Of a stretch of 64,000 bases of DNA, positions 12,501-25,100 are shown piece after piece. The notes under the pieces are model-generated. The model did not search any database. It had not been told where the DNA came from and saw only the letters and a list, made by a program, of their open reading frames with translations. The stretch is from Vitrella brassicaformis CCMP3155 (Eukaryota; Protista; Chromerida). The stretch spans positions 1 through 64,000 of the forward strand of contig CDMY01000235.1 in the NCBI GenBank assembly GCA_001179505.1, in the 5' to 3' direction. The translations under genes and the position numbers were made by a program. Numbering within the stretch: position 1 is the stretch's first letter; every line of letters begins with the position of its first letter.

Positions 12501-12549
12501 ACCAGACATATCACTCAGACCGTTCGGAGAGACGCAGCCGCAGACTTAG
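9515..12549 (+). CDS. Multi-domain ApiAP2-like DNA-binding protein (up to four degenerate AP2-like domains)
   Basis: Spliced product has the AP2-like beta3-helix pattern SVNWFGKARNTAAVCYRGSDGKSKTR|FFACSGMTRTCARRAIEDAVRWRDQL, plus three more degenerate copies ending in TFGRAAQHYDKM, ALSLAVRHRNII and ALHKAIVFCTDL. Low-complexity linkers and a KRK NLS-like motif. Confidence 0.62.
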
Positions 12550-12988
12550 AGAGATAGAAAAGGACGAGTGACTGAGCCATTCGCGGCGGAGTGTGGTCAG
12601 TTTGTTGGGATGCATACTGTGTATTTCGTGAAAGCGTGTGGCGCGGTGGTGTGCTGTGGTGCGGACGTGACGGACACTTCCTTGGCTCGTTTGCTGCATG
12701 CCTCTGTGCTGTGACTGAGAGGATGAAAGCTGCTTACACTCATTCTCGGCCGGTCTGGTCTGGTGTGTCTTGTGTCTGTTTCTGCGGGCGTACATCGATC
12801 GGACGTCACGCAGCACACAACACATACATCAATGAATGGGTCGGTCGATCAGGCCGCCAATCAGCCAGCCGTAGCAAGAGGAAGCAGACACACACAACGA
12901 ACACACACACACACTGAGGGAGTGGGAGTGGGGCAGAGAGGGAGGGAGGGAGGGAGTGGCAAACAACACAACACACAAACTTAGTAGC

Positions 12989-13020
12989 AACCCATCAATC
13001 GATCAACCCATCAATCGATC
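12989..13020. repeat. 16-bp tandem duplication
   Basis: aacccatcaatcgatc x2. Confidence 0.9.
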
Positions 13021-13947
13021 AATCGCTCAGCCAACCAATCGCAACACATGTGTGTGTCAGGCACACACACGCACACACGCGAGCATGTGTGCGCTCACAC
13101 ACACGTGTGTACGACGACATGGTCGCATGTGATGGATGTGTCTGGCGGCGCATGAAGTCAGTCGCCCGCCCCTGCCTAAGCTGCGCCATCTCTCTTGGTA
13201 GGGTCATACCTTCAACCATTCAAGCTTCATCAATCGGCCGGGCAAACACACACACACACACACACAGACAGAGGAAGGGCAATCAATCGGTGGTGTATAT
13301 AGTACACAAAACCGGCGGTCGACGCAACACGCAACCAGGGAAGGGGGGAGCCCAGCCCCACCCACTCCCCAGGGAAACAAGAAGGGTCGAGGGAAAAAAG
13401 AGAGAGGCATTGAACCATCCATCCATCCGCCCCTTTGTGGATCGACGACTAGGCTGCCTGCCTGCGCGGATGTGTGGACGGACGTGTGCGTGGGGCGGGT
13501 GGGGGGCGGGGGGTGTCCGTCATCGACCTGCCTTCACTCTCCCGCTCGCTCCCTCGCTCCACAACCAGCACGCTGAGGCCACACCCCCACCAGGCAGGCA
13601 CCCATCCATCCATCCACCCATCAAACCATCTGCCACGGCCATGCAGTCACGAAAAAGACGCGCGGCTTCCATCTCTCTCGGTAGGAAAGACCGCCACACG
13701 TCAAACGCATCCAGTCAGTCAGTTAGTCAGTCGCCATTCGGTTAAACCCTTCACCGTCACGCGCGCAGGCACACGAAGGCACACGAGCGCCAACCTGATA
13801 GATCCATCCAACAGAACACACAGAGAAGAACAGCATCCAGCGACCAATGCAATGCATCCATCTCTGGGCTTCTCCCCCGCCCCCATCCCCCCAGTCGTCA
13901 TCCTTGTTGACCAGTCAAGAGTGTTGGGCATCCATGTGGTCATGCAT

Positions 13948-16900
13948 CTACGGCTGCTGCTGCTGCTGGCCGTCCGCCCCGCCGTCCATCGACTCGGGGC
14001 CTCCCCCCTGCATCATCATCAACATGCCGTCCGGCGCCTGTTGTGGGTGCGGGTATGGCTGTGGGTCGCCCACACCCGTCAGCTCCGGCTGGGGGTGCTG
14101 CTGCTGCTGCTGCATGGGAGGGGGCGGGGGAGGTCCAGCCAGGCTCGTGTCTGAGCTCTGCACAAAGAAGTCATGCTGCTGCTGCTCCATCATGTGCAAC
14201 ATGCCACCCTGATGCATGCTGCCGTCATGGTGGCCAGCTCCTGCTGCCGCTGCCGCTGCTACAGGTCCCCTGGCGGCTGCCTGCGATTGCTCGTTGGCCG
14301 ACTGTGGGGACATTGCCGAGACCTCCGGGGGCATCACCGACACCTCACCCTCATGGCCCATCATGGTGCTGCTCCGATCCACGCCGCTACCTCGCTCCAC
14401 CGGCACGCCCTGCTGCTGCTGGTCGAGCTGGTTGGGCCATGAAGACATGGGCAGCGGGACACTGCCCGGGGCCCCCATGCCCATGAAGTTGCCGTCCATC
14501 ATGGCGGGGGCCGCGGGGGGCTGCATGCCTTGCCTGTTGGGCTGCATGCCCTGCCACGCACGAGACGTCATGCCGCCAGGGCCTGGAGGTCCCGCCATCT
14601 GCTGCTGTGGCAGCCACGCGGCAAAGTCAGAGTGCGGGGCCAGGGGGCCTCCTGCGGGTGAGTCGGATGGGTGTGGCATGGCGAGTGGGTGGCTGGGGGG
14701 GTGCGTGTTGATGAAAATGTTGCCGAGAATCAAGCCGTTCTGGTCTCTCGGCATTGGATTCTGGTTTGGGTCTCTCGACATGGCCATACCCGGCGGGAAC
14801 ATGCCTGGCACATACGACAGCACCACACACACACACGAATACAATACATACACACATAGACAGACAGACACGAGCATTGTGGTTGCGTCCTTACTCCGCT
14901 GTTGCTGGTCCCCTTGCATCCCCTGCTGCTGTGGCGACCCCATCTGCCCCGGCACCGCTGCAGCAGCCGCAGCTGCAGCTGCAGCGTCGTTCGGCTGATC
15001 GAGGCGTGGGAACGGTGTGGGCTGGAAGCCACCCATGCTCCACTGAGGCGGCATGGGGTACATCCCACCGTGAGGCGGGCCCCATTGCCCCTGCCCCTGC
15101 TGCTGCTGCTGGTGGTCACCGCCACTGCCGTTGTTGGGCTGGTTGGGGTCCTGGTTGTTGCCCTGGTTAGGGTTGCCGGGGCCGGGTGGCTGCTGGGGGT
15201 TGTAGGGGGGGTATCCGGCGGCGGCGGCGAGGGCCATGTCGTATTGGGGCTGCATGTTGTCGCCCGCACCGTACTGGCCGTAGTAGTTGCGATTGGGAGA
15301 ATACGGCTGCATGAAATAAAAAGCGACAATCAATGAGCTGAGGCGAGCACAAAGAAAGGGACGGAGCATAAAGTCAGTGATTTACCATGAGGTAGTTGCC
15401 GCCTCCGGCCATGCCGTTAGGTCCGCCCCCTCCCCCTCCGCCATTGTCCTGGTCGTCCTGCCCGTCGCCGCCCGGCCCGTTGCCGTTGACGCCATAGTTG
15501 TTGCCGTAGGGCGGGTACTCGTAGTAGGGATTCTCGGCCGCATTGTTGCCGATGCCCACCTCTATCTTGCACTGACCCGCCTTGAACTGAGACCCGCGCA
15601 GTATGGGCACCTGAAGGAAGGACCACACAGACACAAACGATGGACGGACGAGTGGAGAGGGGTGGTGGTGTGCTAGCTTACGGGGTCTCCGTATGGCTTG
15701 ACGCGAAGGAATGTGCCGAGTGTCGACATGTCGCGGAGGACCCACTTCTCCCCGGCCGGCCGGTCGCCGTCGTAGAAGATCAGGCAGTGCTCGCGAGACA
15801 CGTACCCGTTGTTGGCCGTCACCGACACCTGCAGCATCCATACGTCCACAGGGTGGCATACAGTGAGTGCATGGCGAGCATCAATCCGTCCGTCGGTCAT
15901 CTCATCTGGCCTCTCTCTCGTGTGTGTCCGTCCGTACGTACGTACCTTCTTGTATGACGACTGTGCGTGTGGTCCCCGCCCCAGCACAACTCCCCTGGGG
16001 TCGATCCACATGTCGATGTCCCCTCCGCGCACCACTATCCGCAAATGACTCTCCAGATCCACACAATCCGTCGGCGGCGGCAGACCCTCGCCACTACCCG
16101 CCGCCCCAGCAGCCCCCCCACCACTAGTGACGCCAACACCAGGGATGGCAGGTACCTGCCCCTCCTGAGCGGCCTCCTCCATCCTCTCACCATCGACGTC
16201 GGCCTCGCCCTCCCCGCCATCGCGCCCGTTGCCCTCACCCCGGTGCTGCTGGTCGTCGGCTACTGGAAGGTCGACCTGCATGCCGGGGGGGCTGCGCAGG
16301 ACCGCTGGCTCCTCCTCCTGCTGCTGCTGCTGCTGTGGTGGTGGGGCTGGGGAGGCGTCACCCTGGTCCATCATGTCTACCGGCTCGTTGCCCTCGTTGC
16401 TGATGGGCATGTGGTCGTCCTCCTCCGCCACACCACCCGGCCCCTCGACCTCTCCGTCATGCATCTTGGGCTCCTCCTGCCCCTGGCCGGCCGCTGCCGA
16501 GCTGGAGCTGGCCGCCCCGCCCGCCATGGCCACCATCTTGTCTCCCTCCCCTCCCTCACTCTTGACCTGGCCCTGGCCGCCGTCCGCGTCCATCATGACG
16601 CCGCCACTGCTGTCTTCTGTCCTCCGGTCGCCCTCGGCGTGCATCATGACGTCCTGCTGGTGGTCGGGCCTCTCGCCAGCCATCATGTCGACATTGTCGT
16701 TGATCATCTCGTTGTCCGTCTGGGCCTGGCCGGGGTGGTGCGTCAGCTGAGGGGACAGGTCGTCGCTGCCTGCCTGCGATGGATCGAGGGCGGGGGAGGA
16801 AATCGACAGGTGGGGCGGCTGGGGGGCACCAAGATGGCCACTAACGACCCCAGCACCGCCGGCGCCGGCACTACTTGCTGCCGCCGATCCGCCGTTGTTG

Positions 16901-19570
16901 TTGTCGGCCTGTCGCGTCTCAGGTCGGTCCGTGTCGCCTGGCTGGTCGGGTGAAGACTGCGGCTGCCCGTCGGCCTCTGGGGCGGCATCCCCTGCTCCAA
17001 CTGCTGGGGATGGTGCGTCGTTGATGTGTTGTGGGCTGTCGATGGATGGCTGGCCGGCCGCCATGCCCTCGGGACGGTCGAGCTGCTCACCGCCATAGAC
17101 GAACGGAGTGCCGCCCTCCTGCAGACAGACATCCAAGAAGGGATGAAGCAACTAACTGATCCATGGGTGTCTTGCCTTCCCTTGATGTGTGTGGTTGACG
17201 CACCTGCGAGATGACGTCTAGGACGCTCTTGCGGGAGGGGCTCCACCTGAAACCCTTGAACGGCGAGCCGGTGTTGGATTGAGTTATCGTTACCTGAGTG
17301 AGTGAGTTGGATGGACACACACAACACACAGAGGGAGATATTGAGATATGGCCACGGGACGGGTGTTTGTGTCTGCCCGACTGAGTGTTTGTGGTGCGTG
17401 AGCTGCAGCTTACGTCAACTTCGAGTCTATCTCCGATATGAATCACATCCCCAGTCTGGATGGCACACTCACCGTTGACCCTACCGACAACAACACCACA
17501 CACATATTCAATTCAGGTGCCTCCCTCCCTCCCTCCTTGCCTATCGCATCGCTGTGTGCCCCCTCCCCTGCTCACTCACTTGATCATGGTTCCGATGGTT
17601 GATCCGCAGTCGACGACACCGAGCTGGTCGTCGGGCATGCGGAAGAACATGAGGTGCGATAGCGACACGGACGGGTGGCTCATGTGGATCGTCGAGTGCT
17701 GGTGACGACCCGCATCCCACGGCAGGTTGTGCTGCAGGGGGGAATGGGTTGGTTAGGAGGGAGGGAGGGACACAACCAGCAATGGATGGGACGTTTGACG
17801 GCTGGGGTGGGTGGGTGCGTACCGGTATGAGCGCTGAGTCGTATGTCTGCGCCTCGATCCGATGGATGCGGTCGGGCAGAATGCGAAGCGTCACACGGAA
17901 CTGATCTGCACACACAAATACACCGATGGGGAATGAGCGGATGGACTGCGTGTCTTGTCTTGCCTGTGTGTCGGTACCTCTGGGTGGTGTGATTTCTGGT
18001 TTATGGTCGATGTAGCTCTCCACCCAATCCTGCAACCGCATCTTACTACCCTCTGAAATGACAGACAGACAGACAGAGAGCATCACGCGGCCTTCGTCCG
18101 TCCTCACTGCTGGCTGAGTGCCTGTCTGCCTGAGGTACCTGCGTCGTTCTTGTTCCACCCGACCTCCTTGCAGAAGGTCTCGCAGTCCGCCTGGCAGAAA
18201 ATCCTGCAGCACGACCAAGCAAACCCCACCACACCACACCACACCACACCACACACATATACAGGTCCGCCGAGGGATGTGGGTTCTCTGTGTCGTTGAC
18301 GTGCGCGTACCATCGGTCTCGGCTCCACCGTTGGCTGCTTTCAAAGTAGTCCACCACGCACGCTTGCAAATCGTCAAAGAACACCTGTAAAGAGGGATGG
18401 ATGGGTGCCACCAGGGGCAATCGACACACAAGCATGTGTGTGTGTGTGTGTGTATCTACCTACCGATGAGAGCTCTGCGTCGGCGAAGAAGATGCGCAGA
18501 AACAGCGATAGGCTAACTTGCGGCTGATGGACAATTCACATGGACATACACATACACATACACACCGTGGCTTGACTTGACGAAGATACAAACACACACA
18601 TCTCTCAAGCCCATGCCCTGCTTATCTATTTACCTTAATGAATGTGGCGAACCACCAGCTCTCCTCGACCGGCGGTATCGACCCGGGATCGAACAGCGGC
18701 CTGTCGGGCTCTGCCTTCCGCTTGAAACCTTCACACACACCGCACACACACATACACACACACACACACAAACACACACACCCACATATGGTCGTCGTGT
18801 GTTTGCCTCTCCCTCCCCTGACTGACACATGTGTGCACACCTACCTAGGCTTCCGATAAGTGACTGAATGACGGTGTTGACGTTGAGCGCCTCACCGAGG
18901 GGCCGCCGACACACAGGGCAGATCCCACGGTCGCGCTGCGCATTGTGACTGATGCAGTATCTGCAGATCAAACAAACAAGACACGGAGGGAGGGATGGAG
19001 GGGGGAGGGGGAAAGAGGGTCGTGTGTGCGTCCATGCGGCTCTTGGCGTTGATCGACTGACTGCACCAATCCTTCTCTCACTTGCAGAAGGTGTGGCCGC
19101 AGTTCATCGTCACGGGCAGCTGGAAGAAATCTGAAGAACACACAACGGGAAAAGATCATTTCTCGCCACACCCAGTCCGTGCGGTGTGTCCCTCCCTCCC
19201 TCCCTCCCTGCCGTAACTACCTAGGCAGATGGGGCACATGAGTTCGCTCTGAATCTTGGACACAGGGTCGTCCTTGCCCCTCTTCGCCACTACCACCGGC
19301 CGCTCCTCAGCACTCGCCTCGTTCGGGGTCGCCTCCGGAGAGGGAGTCGCCATCTCAGCATCGCCTGAACCCGTCCACACACACACAGACGACTCCTACA
19401 TCCCCACACGCGGCCATGGACAGCCGAAAAGGCCGTTTCCTGCCTTGATTGCCTCTCTATGTCCTCGTGAGACCATCTACTGTCCATGTTGACCCTCAGT
19501 GGCCTCGGTGGGTGCTTACCGGCAGCGCCGACTGCGTCAGCGGCAGCTGGTCCAGGACGCTCTTGACCAT
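13948..19570 (-). CDS. RING (C3HC4) E3 ligase with two FHA domains and a long Q/P/G/M-rich tail
   Basis: Spliced RING: CPICL|DFFQLPVTMNCGHTFC|RYCI...CPVCR. FHA1: SVSLSHLMFF...DCGSTIGTMIK|VNGECAIQTGDVIHIG. FHA2: VVLGRGP...GYVSREHCLIFYD...LRDMSTLGTFLRV. First exon MVKSVLDQLPLTQSALP is followed by a GTAAGC donor. Confidence 0.85.
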
Positions 19571-20129
19571 CGGGCTGAGAATCCATTTCGTCACTCCTTT
19601 CCAATCAGATTAAACACAGCGAGCCGGTAACGCGGAAAGGAAGAAACGAATCTGCTCCATCGTGTTCGTTTTACGGCATCATTTAGAGCGAAATCCGCGT
19701 GAACAATCACCCGATCCTGTGCAACGGCGTTTGCAGCCTACAGCCTGTTCTCTTCTGTCCTCTCTCCTCCCAACATAAGCCGTCACCCTTGAGTGACTCA
19801 CTCTGTGAGGGAGTGTCACTGATTCACTGAGGGAGTGGCCCTCACCGCCTTCGGCCGACCGACTGTGATTGCGGCTGGCTCTCGCGCAGCACCAGCAGCT
19901 GACTTTTTTGCCCTCTCGCCCTCCTTCCTTGTCGCACAGACCAAGCACACCTGCAGCATCAGCAGCACACATCTAGGTGTTTGGTGACTCTCTGCGGTGC
20001 CTGCCGGGGCGGCTGACTGGGTGTGGCGACTGAGGCGAGGCGTTGGTATCTGTGAGTGTTGGCTGATGACGGCTGCGCCGGGTTGTTCGGTCTGCTTCAC
20101 CTGCCTGGATTGCTGCGCCGCGGCGGAGA
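19571..20129. promoter_or_regulatory. Putative bidirectional promoter (~560 bp)
   Basis: Divergent ATGs at 19570 (-) and 20130 (+); lower GC; one-mismatch copy of the motif (GCGAGCC at 19619). Confidence 0.45.
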
Positions 20130-22128
20130 ATGAATGACTGCAAACTCTTCATTGGCAGCATTCCCAGAAACGTCACTGAGGTACAGGACACACAGACACG
20201 CAGGCAGTCGGGGAGGGAGGGAGGGAGACGTCGCATAGGAGGGGGAGACGGGCGGGCTGCCGGGTTTGTGTGGCGGGGCGGGGCGGTTTGTGTGTAATAG
20301 GAGGTGATTCGTTGTGAGTTTTCGAAGATCGGTCCCGTCGTCAACAGCTTTTATATGCCCGATAGCAGCTCGTCCACTGGCAGTCGCGGGTGGGCCTTCG
20401 TCACGTACACCAACAAGACACACAGCCAACAGGCTATCGCCGCCTTCAACAACAAGCTCATACTGGGTAAGGTAGACAGCACCCAAGCCACAGACAGACA
20501 GACAGACAGACAGACAGGCTGACGAGCCATCATCCCTCTCTCCCCTTTCCCTCCCTGGGTGTCATCAGGAGACACTCAGAAGCCCGTAGAGGTCCGGTAC
20601 GCCGAGAGCAAGCCCGGCCGTCGCCCGTCATCACAAGAGATCTTCACGTCACCCAAGCCAGGCGAAGCCCTGTCGACAGCCAACATGCCTGAAGGAGCAG
20701 CGCCCGGTGCAGGAGTGACTGGGGGTGGGTATCGCGGCAGCCCGCAGGCCAGCGGCGGAGGCGCCGTCATCGGCAACCCGGCGCTAGGTGAGTGAAGATA
20801 AGACATCACACGCAGAACCGTGTCTGTTGATGTGATGCCTTTGGTGTATGTCTATCTGTGTGTCAGGGATGTCTCTGGGTATGGGCACGGCGTTGGTGAG
20901 CACTGACTACAGCAGCCCCCCCAACCCCGCCGCCCACTCGCATCACGGTCACTCGTTCCACCACCCCGTCTCGGGCGCCATCGGAGGCCCCACCCACCCG
21001 TCCCACCCCCACGCACAGCCCCACTCGTCGGTGAGGTCGTCCATGGCGTATCCCGGCCCCACGCCCGCAAGCGCCAACCCGCCACAGGCCAACACGCCCT
21101 ATGGGCTGCCCCACGTGTTCCCCCACCCCCACCACCCCCACCACGCGTCATCAAGCCCTGTTGCTGCGGGGCCGCCGGGCAGCGGGCCTGGCCATGGCCA
21201 GGGGCACATGGCCCATTGGATGGAGTACTTCACCAACGACGGCGCCGCTTACTACTACAACGTGCAGACGGGACATACACAGGTAGGCGAGCTGACAACA
21301 TCTGTGCCAGGCACAGCACGAACGATCGTGTGTCCCTCCCTCTGCCGTTCCCTCCTTGTCTGTCTCTTTTGTGTCAGTGGGAGCGTCCGGCTGATTTTGA
21401 CGTCTACAGCCGCCCCGTGCCGTCTCTGCTGCAGCCCGGCAACACACGAATGGGCATGACGCCCAACGGCCACGTCCCCATGACCTACAGCATGGCCGCC
21501 GCCATACCCAACCCCAACGCTCCCTCACCACACATGGCCAACGCCGCACAGGACCAACAGCAGCAGCAGCAGCAGCAGCCAGGTGGTGGTGGTGGTGGTG
21601 GCAGCGGTGGCGGTGCGGCATCTGTGTCTCAGGGCAGCAACGGGAGCGGCAGTGGGGGCCCCGACATGGGTCAGCACTTCATCGAGAACCGTGGGGGCTG
21701 CAACCTCTTCATCTTCCATATCCCATCCGACTGGACCGACAGCGACCTCGTCCAGGTCAGTCAGTTACTCAGCCGTCCACACGCAGGGCACGCCCCATAC
21801 ACCCACCCATACACACAACACAGCCTCTCTAAAATGTGTCTTCCTTCCTCCCTCTCTGCAGCATTTCCAGCACTACGGCAACATCGTGTCGGCCGTGATA
21901 GCCCGGGAGCGCGACACCGGCCGCAACAGGGGCTACGGGTTTGTGTGCTTCGACACGTCCCACGCGGCCCTCAACGCCATCCAGGGGATGAACGGCTTTG
22001 CCGTCGGCGGCAAGCGGCTTACCGTGCAGCTCAAGCAGACGTCGATCCGCAGGAACCAAAACAACGGAGGAGGGCAGAGCGGCAATAAGACACCCGGCGG
22101 ACCGTCGCGAGAGTCGTCCAACCGTTAG
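20130..22128 (+). CDS. RRM-WW-RRM RNA-binding protein (CELF/Bruno- and FCA-like)
   Basis: RRM1: KLFIGSIP...RGWAFVTY. WW: WMEYFTNDGAAYYYNVQTGHTQ|WERP. C-terminal CELF-RRM3-like: GCNLFIFHIPSDWTDSDL...RGYGFVCF...GKRLTVQLKQ. Confidence 0.88.
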
Positions 22129-25100
22129 ACAGACACACACACAGACACACACACATGCACACCACACCATACGTACCCGAGATCCACATACCTATGTCGC
22201 CATAGCCAGCCACTGACTGCATAGCATAGCATTGCATCGCCTTGGTTGATAGATACGTGGTTGGTACCTAGTGCACACGTGCCTGCCTGCCTGCCTGCGA
22301 GCGTGCGTGCGTGCATATGGGCGGGCGGGAGGGAGGGTCAGATGGGTGGGTGGAGGGGATGGGTGAGAGAGTATCAATCATATCAGTCAGTGAATTGAGT
22401 CACTACAGTCGCTGCACTTCGCTTCTATTGTGTGCCTACTGCCTGCCTGCCCGGATGGATGGATGACCAGAAACTGGCAACTCTACGCCGGTCGGGGTCG
22501 ATGGATGGATGGATGGGCGGGGTCGCAGAAGGGCAAGGGCTATGATTGCCTGCCTACACAGTGAGTGGGTCGGCAGCTTGCTTTCCTCTCCTATCGATTT
22601 GGCTGGGGAGGGAGGGGGGTAAAGGGAGGAGAGAACCAGTATACACATACACATACACACACGCTCACTCTCCACACAAAACATCCACACACACACACAC
22701 ACACACACAAGCGCGTGATACGTATTTCAATGCCCAAGCAGTGCGTGTGCGGGTGTCCAGATCGTCGCCTCCCTGCCTACTACTTTTTTTCTCGGATGAG
22801 CAGATGGATGGATGGATGGATGGACGAGTGGACGGATCATATCGCTGTGCGTTGCGTGCTTGTGTGCCTACAATGGGCAATCTGCCGTGCCTTGAAAGAT
22901 AAGACAGACAGCTAGCACAGTGAATGATATGCCGTAACAAACACCCACCCATCTCTCATTCATTCACCCAGGGGCTGGGGCGGGCTGCCCGAGTGATGTG
23001 ATGATGGGTCAGGTCAATGGCTTGATCGTTCGTGTGTGTGTTGATTGATTCAATCGATGGATGGGGGCTGGGGCGGCGGGTCACCAAGGTGCGTGCGGTG
23101 CATGGCATGACTGCATGGCATGACATGATGGGTCTGTCTCCCTCGGTGTGTGTTACTTACGTTACTTACGTGTACGTGTGGGCCGGCGTGTGTGCGTGGA
23201 GGGCTTTATTTGTTCATGTCGGTCCATCCAACCAACCGCACACCGCCGGCCGCCCTTCCTACTATCCAATCCACACTCATTATTCATGTGTGTCTATCTG
23301 GCTGTCCATGAGTGTCGTGATGCGTTCGTTGGTATGGATGGATGTTCGTTTGTATGCGTGTATGTCTGTTTGCGAGGATCTCGTTCGTTCGTCTGTCGGT
23401 CCGTCCCTTGCTGTCTCTCTCTCTCTGGTATGGGTCTTGCGGTGCGGGTGTCTGTCGTCGTTGACGTCATCGTGCGTTGCTACGTCGTCACCCTCCTGCG
23501 TCCCGCAGCACCGACGTCTCAATGGCATTGACAGAGCAGCACGTGAAGGCAGTTAGCTGCGACACACACACGAAGGCAGGCGCGGGTGGGTCGGGCGAAG
23601 GAGCAGCAAAGGCACACTCAGACACACTCGGATTGGACTGATGGAGGGGAGGGGAGAGGATCACATGAATTGCATGGGATGGATGATGGGGAGAGGGGGC
23701 GGGGGCGGGCGGGGGGGACACTCGCCTTGTCGTGCCGTTGGTTTGAGGGCACATGCCTGCCTGCCTGCCTGCCGCTTCGCCTGACTCACTCACACACTTC
23801 CGGAGTAGACTATAGATAGCATTGATTGATTGATTGATTCCTTGCTTCCTTCCTCGCTTGCTTATTGGTCCATAGTGCAACTACACTTCTCTCCACCATG
23901 CCATGATGATGCATTGCATTGCGTTGCGTTGCGTTGCGTTGCGTTGCGTTGCGTTGCATACTTACATAACATAATACACACATACATACGAAGACACTCA
24001 CTGCTCAGTAGATAGATACATAACTACATACATACGCCGTTACACACATTCGCACCTCCCTACTTGTCTTTCTGTCTGTCTGTCTGTCTTGCTGGCGAAT
24101 CGCCGGTTTGGTTGACCGTCCCCTCATCTCATCTCATCTCGCCTCTCTTCGCCCGATCCGCCTGGCTGCCTGGCTGCCTGAGTGTGTGCGTCTGTCTACC
24201 AATGGTGAGTGAGCTGTGTCGCCCGCTTCTTCTATTGCATCATTCACATGACATCCATCACATTACATGACCTACCTACCTACCTGGTGTTCTAATTGAT
24301 CCCTCGATGCACGCCACCATGCCAATACACACAGTACGTTCGCAAGATAGACGCTGCTGCAAGTAGGCAGGACTCCGGCTGGGTGGCTTGCTGGCTGGCT
24401 GGCTGGCTGGCTGGTTTTTATAACGACTCACGACAGTCACTCTCACTCACTCACTCAGTCTCACTGACTCACGCACTCAGTCAGTCTATCTATCTATTTC
24501 TCTATCGCATGACTTGTACGAGATGGTGGCGGGGCGTCCACTCGCCTTCGCTCCCAGGCTGATGCTTACGAACTCTGGCTGACCTTCACAGTCGATTTGC
24601 GCCAAGCTCTCGCCTCTCCCTCCCCTTCAGCCCTTCCATAGAGTTTTGAGCAGGTGGCTCCCCCTCTCCCTCTCCCTCTCCCTCCTTCTCGATCTCCCTT
24701 TGTCTCTCTACCTGAGTGTGCGTGCTGACATTTTTCCGGGGCCCGTCGTGATTGTTCCCTGATCCCCGCTGGCCGAGTTGTGTGTGTATCCATGTGTGTG
24801 TGTGTGTGTGTGTGTGCGTTGTGTGTGTGAGTGTGTGTCCCCCTCCTGCAACCAACCCGTCCCCTCTTTGTTACGCCAGCCCGTCCCATCTTTGTTAACT
24901 AGCCCCTGTCTGCCACTGTGGAGTGCCTCACTCACCTGCCTGACTCTGCCTGTCTGCCTGTCTGCCTGTCTGCATGCTTGACTGACGACTGAATGGAATG
25001 AGTGAGCGTGTTAAGTAAGGATCGGTGGGTGCTACGAATAGACTACGCACGCCAGTTTTTCTACCGTCATCTACTCTAGCTACGGGTAAGGAAAGTTTAA

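Noticed and set aside
15967-16953. Long antisense ORFs (also 14216-14998, 37461-38468, 47024-47818, 61021-61971, 62944-63705)
   Set aside because: They are shadows of GC3-rich coding exons on the opposite strand
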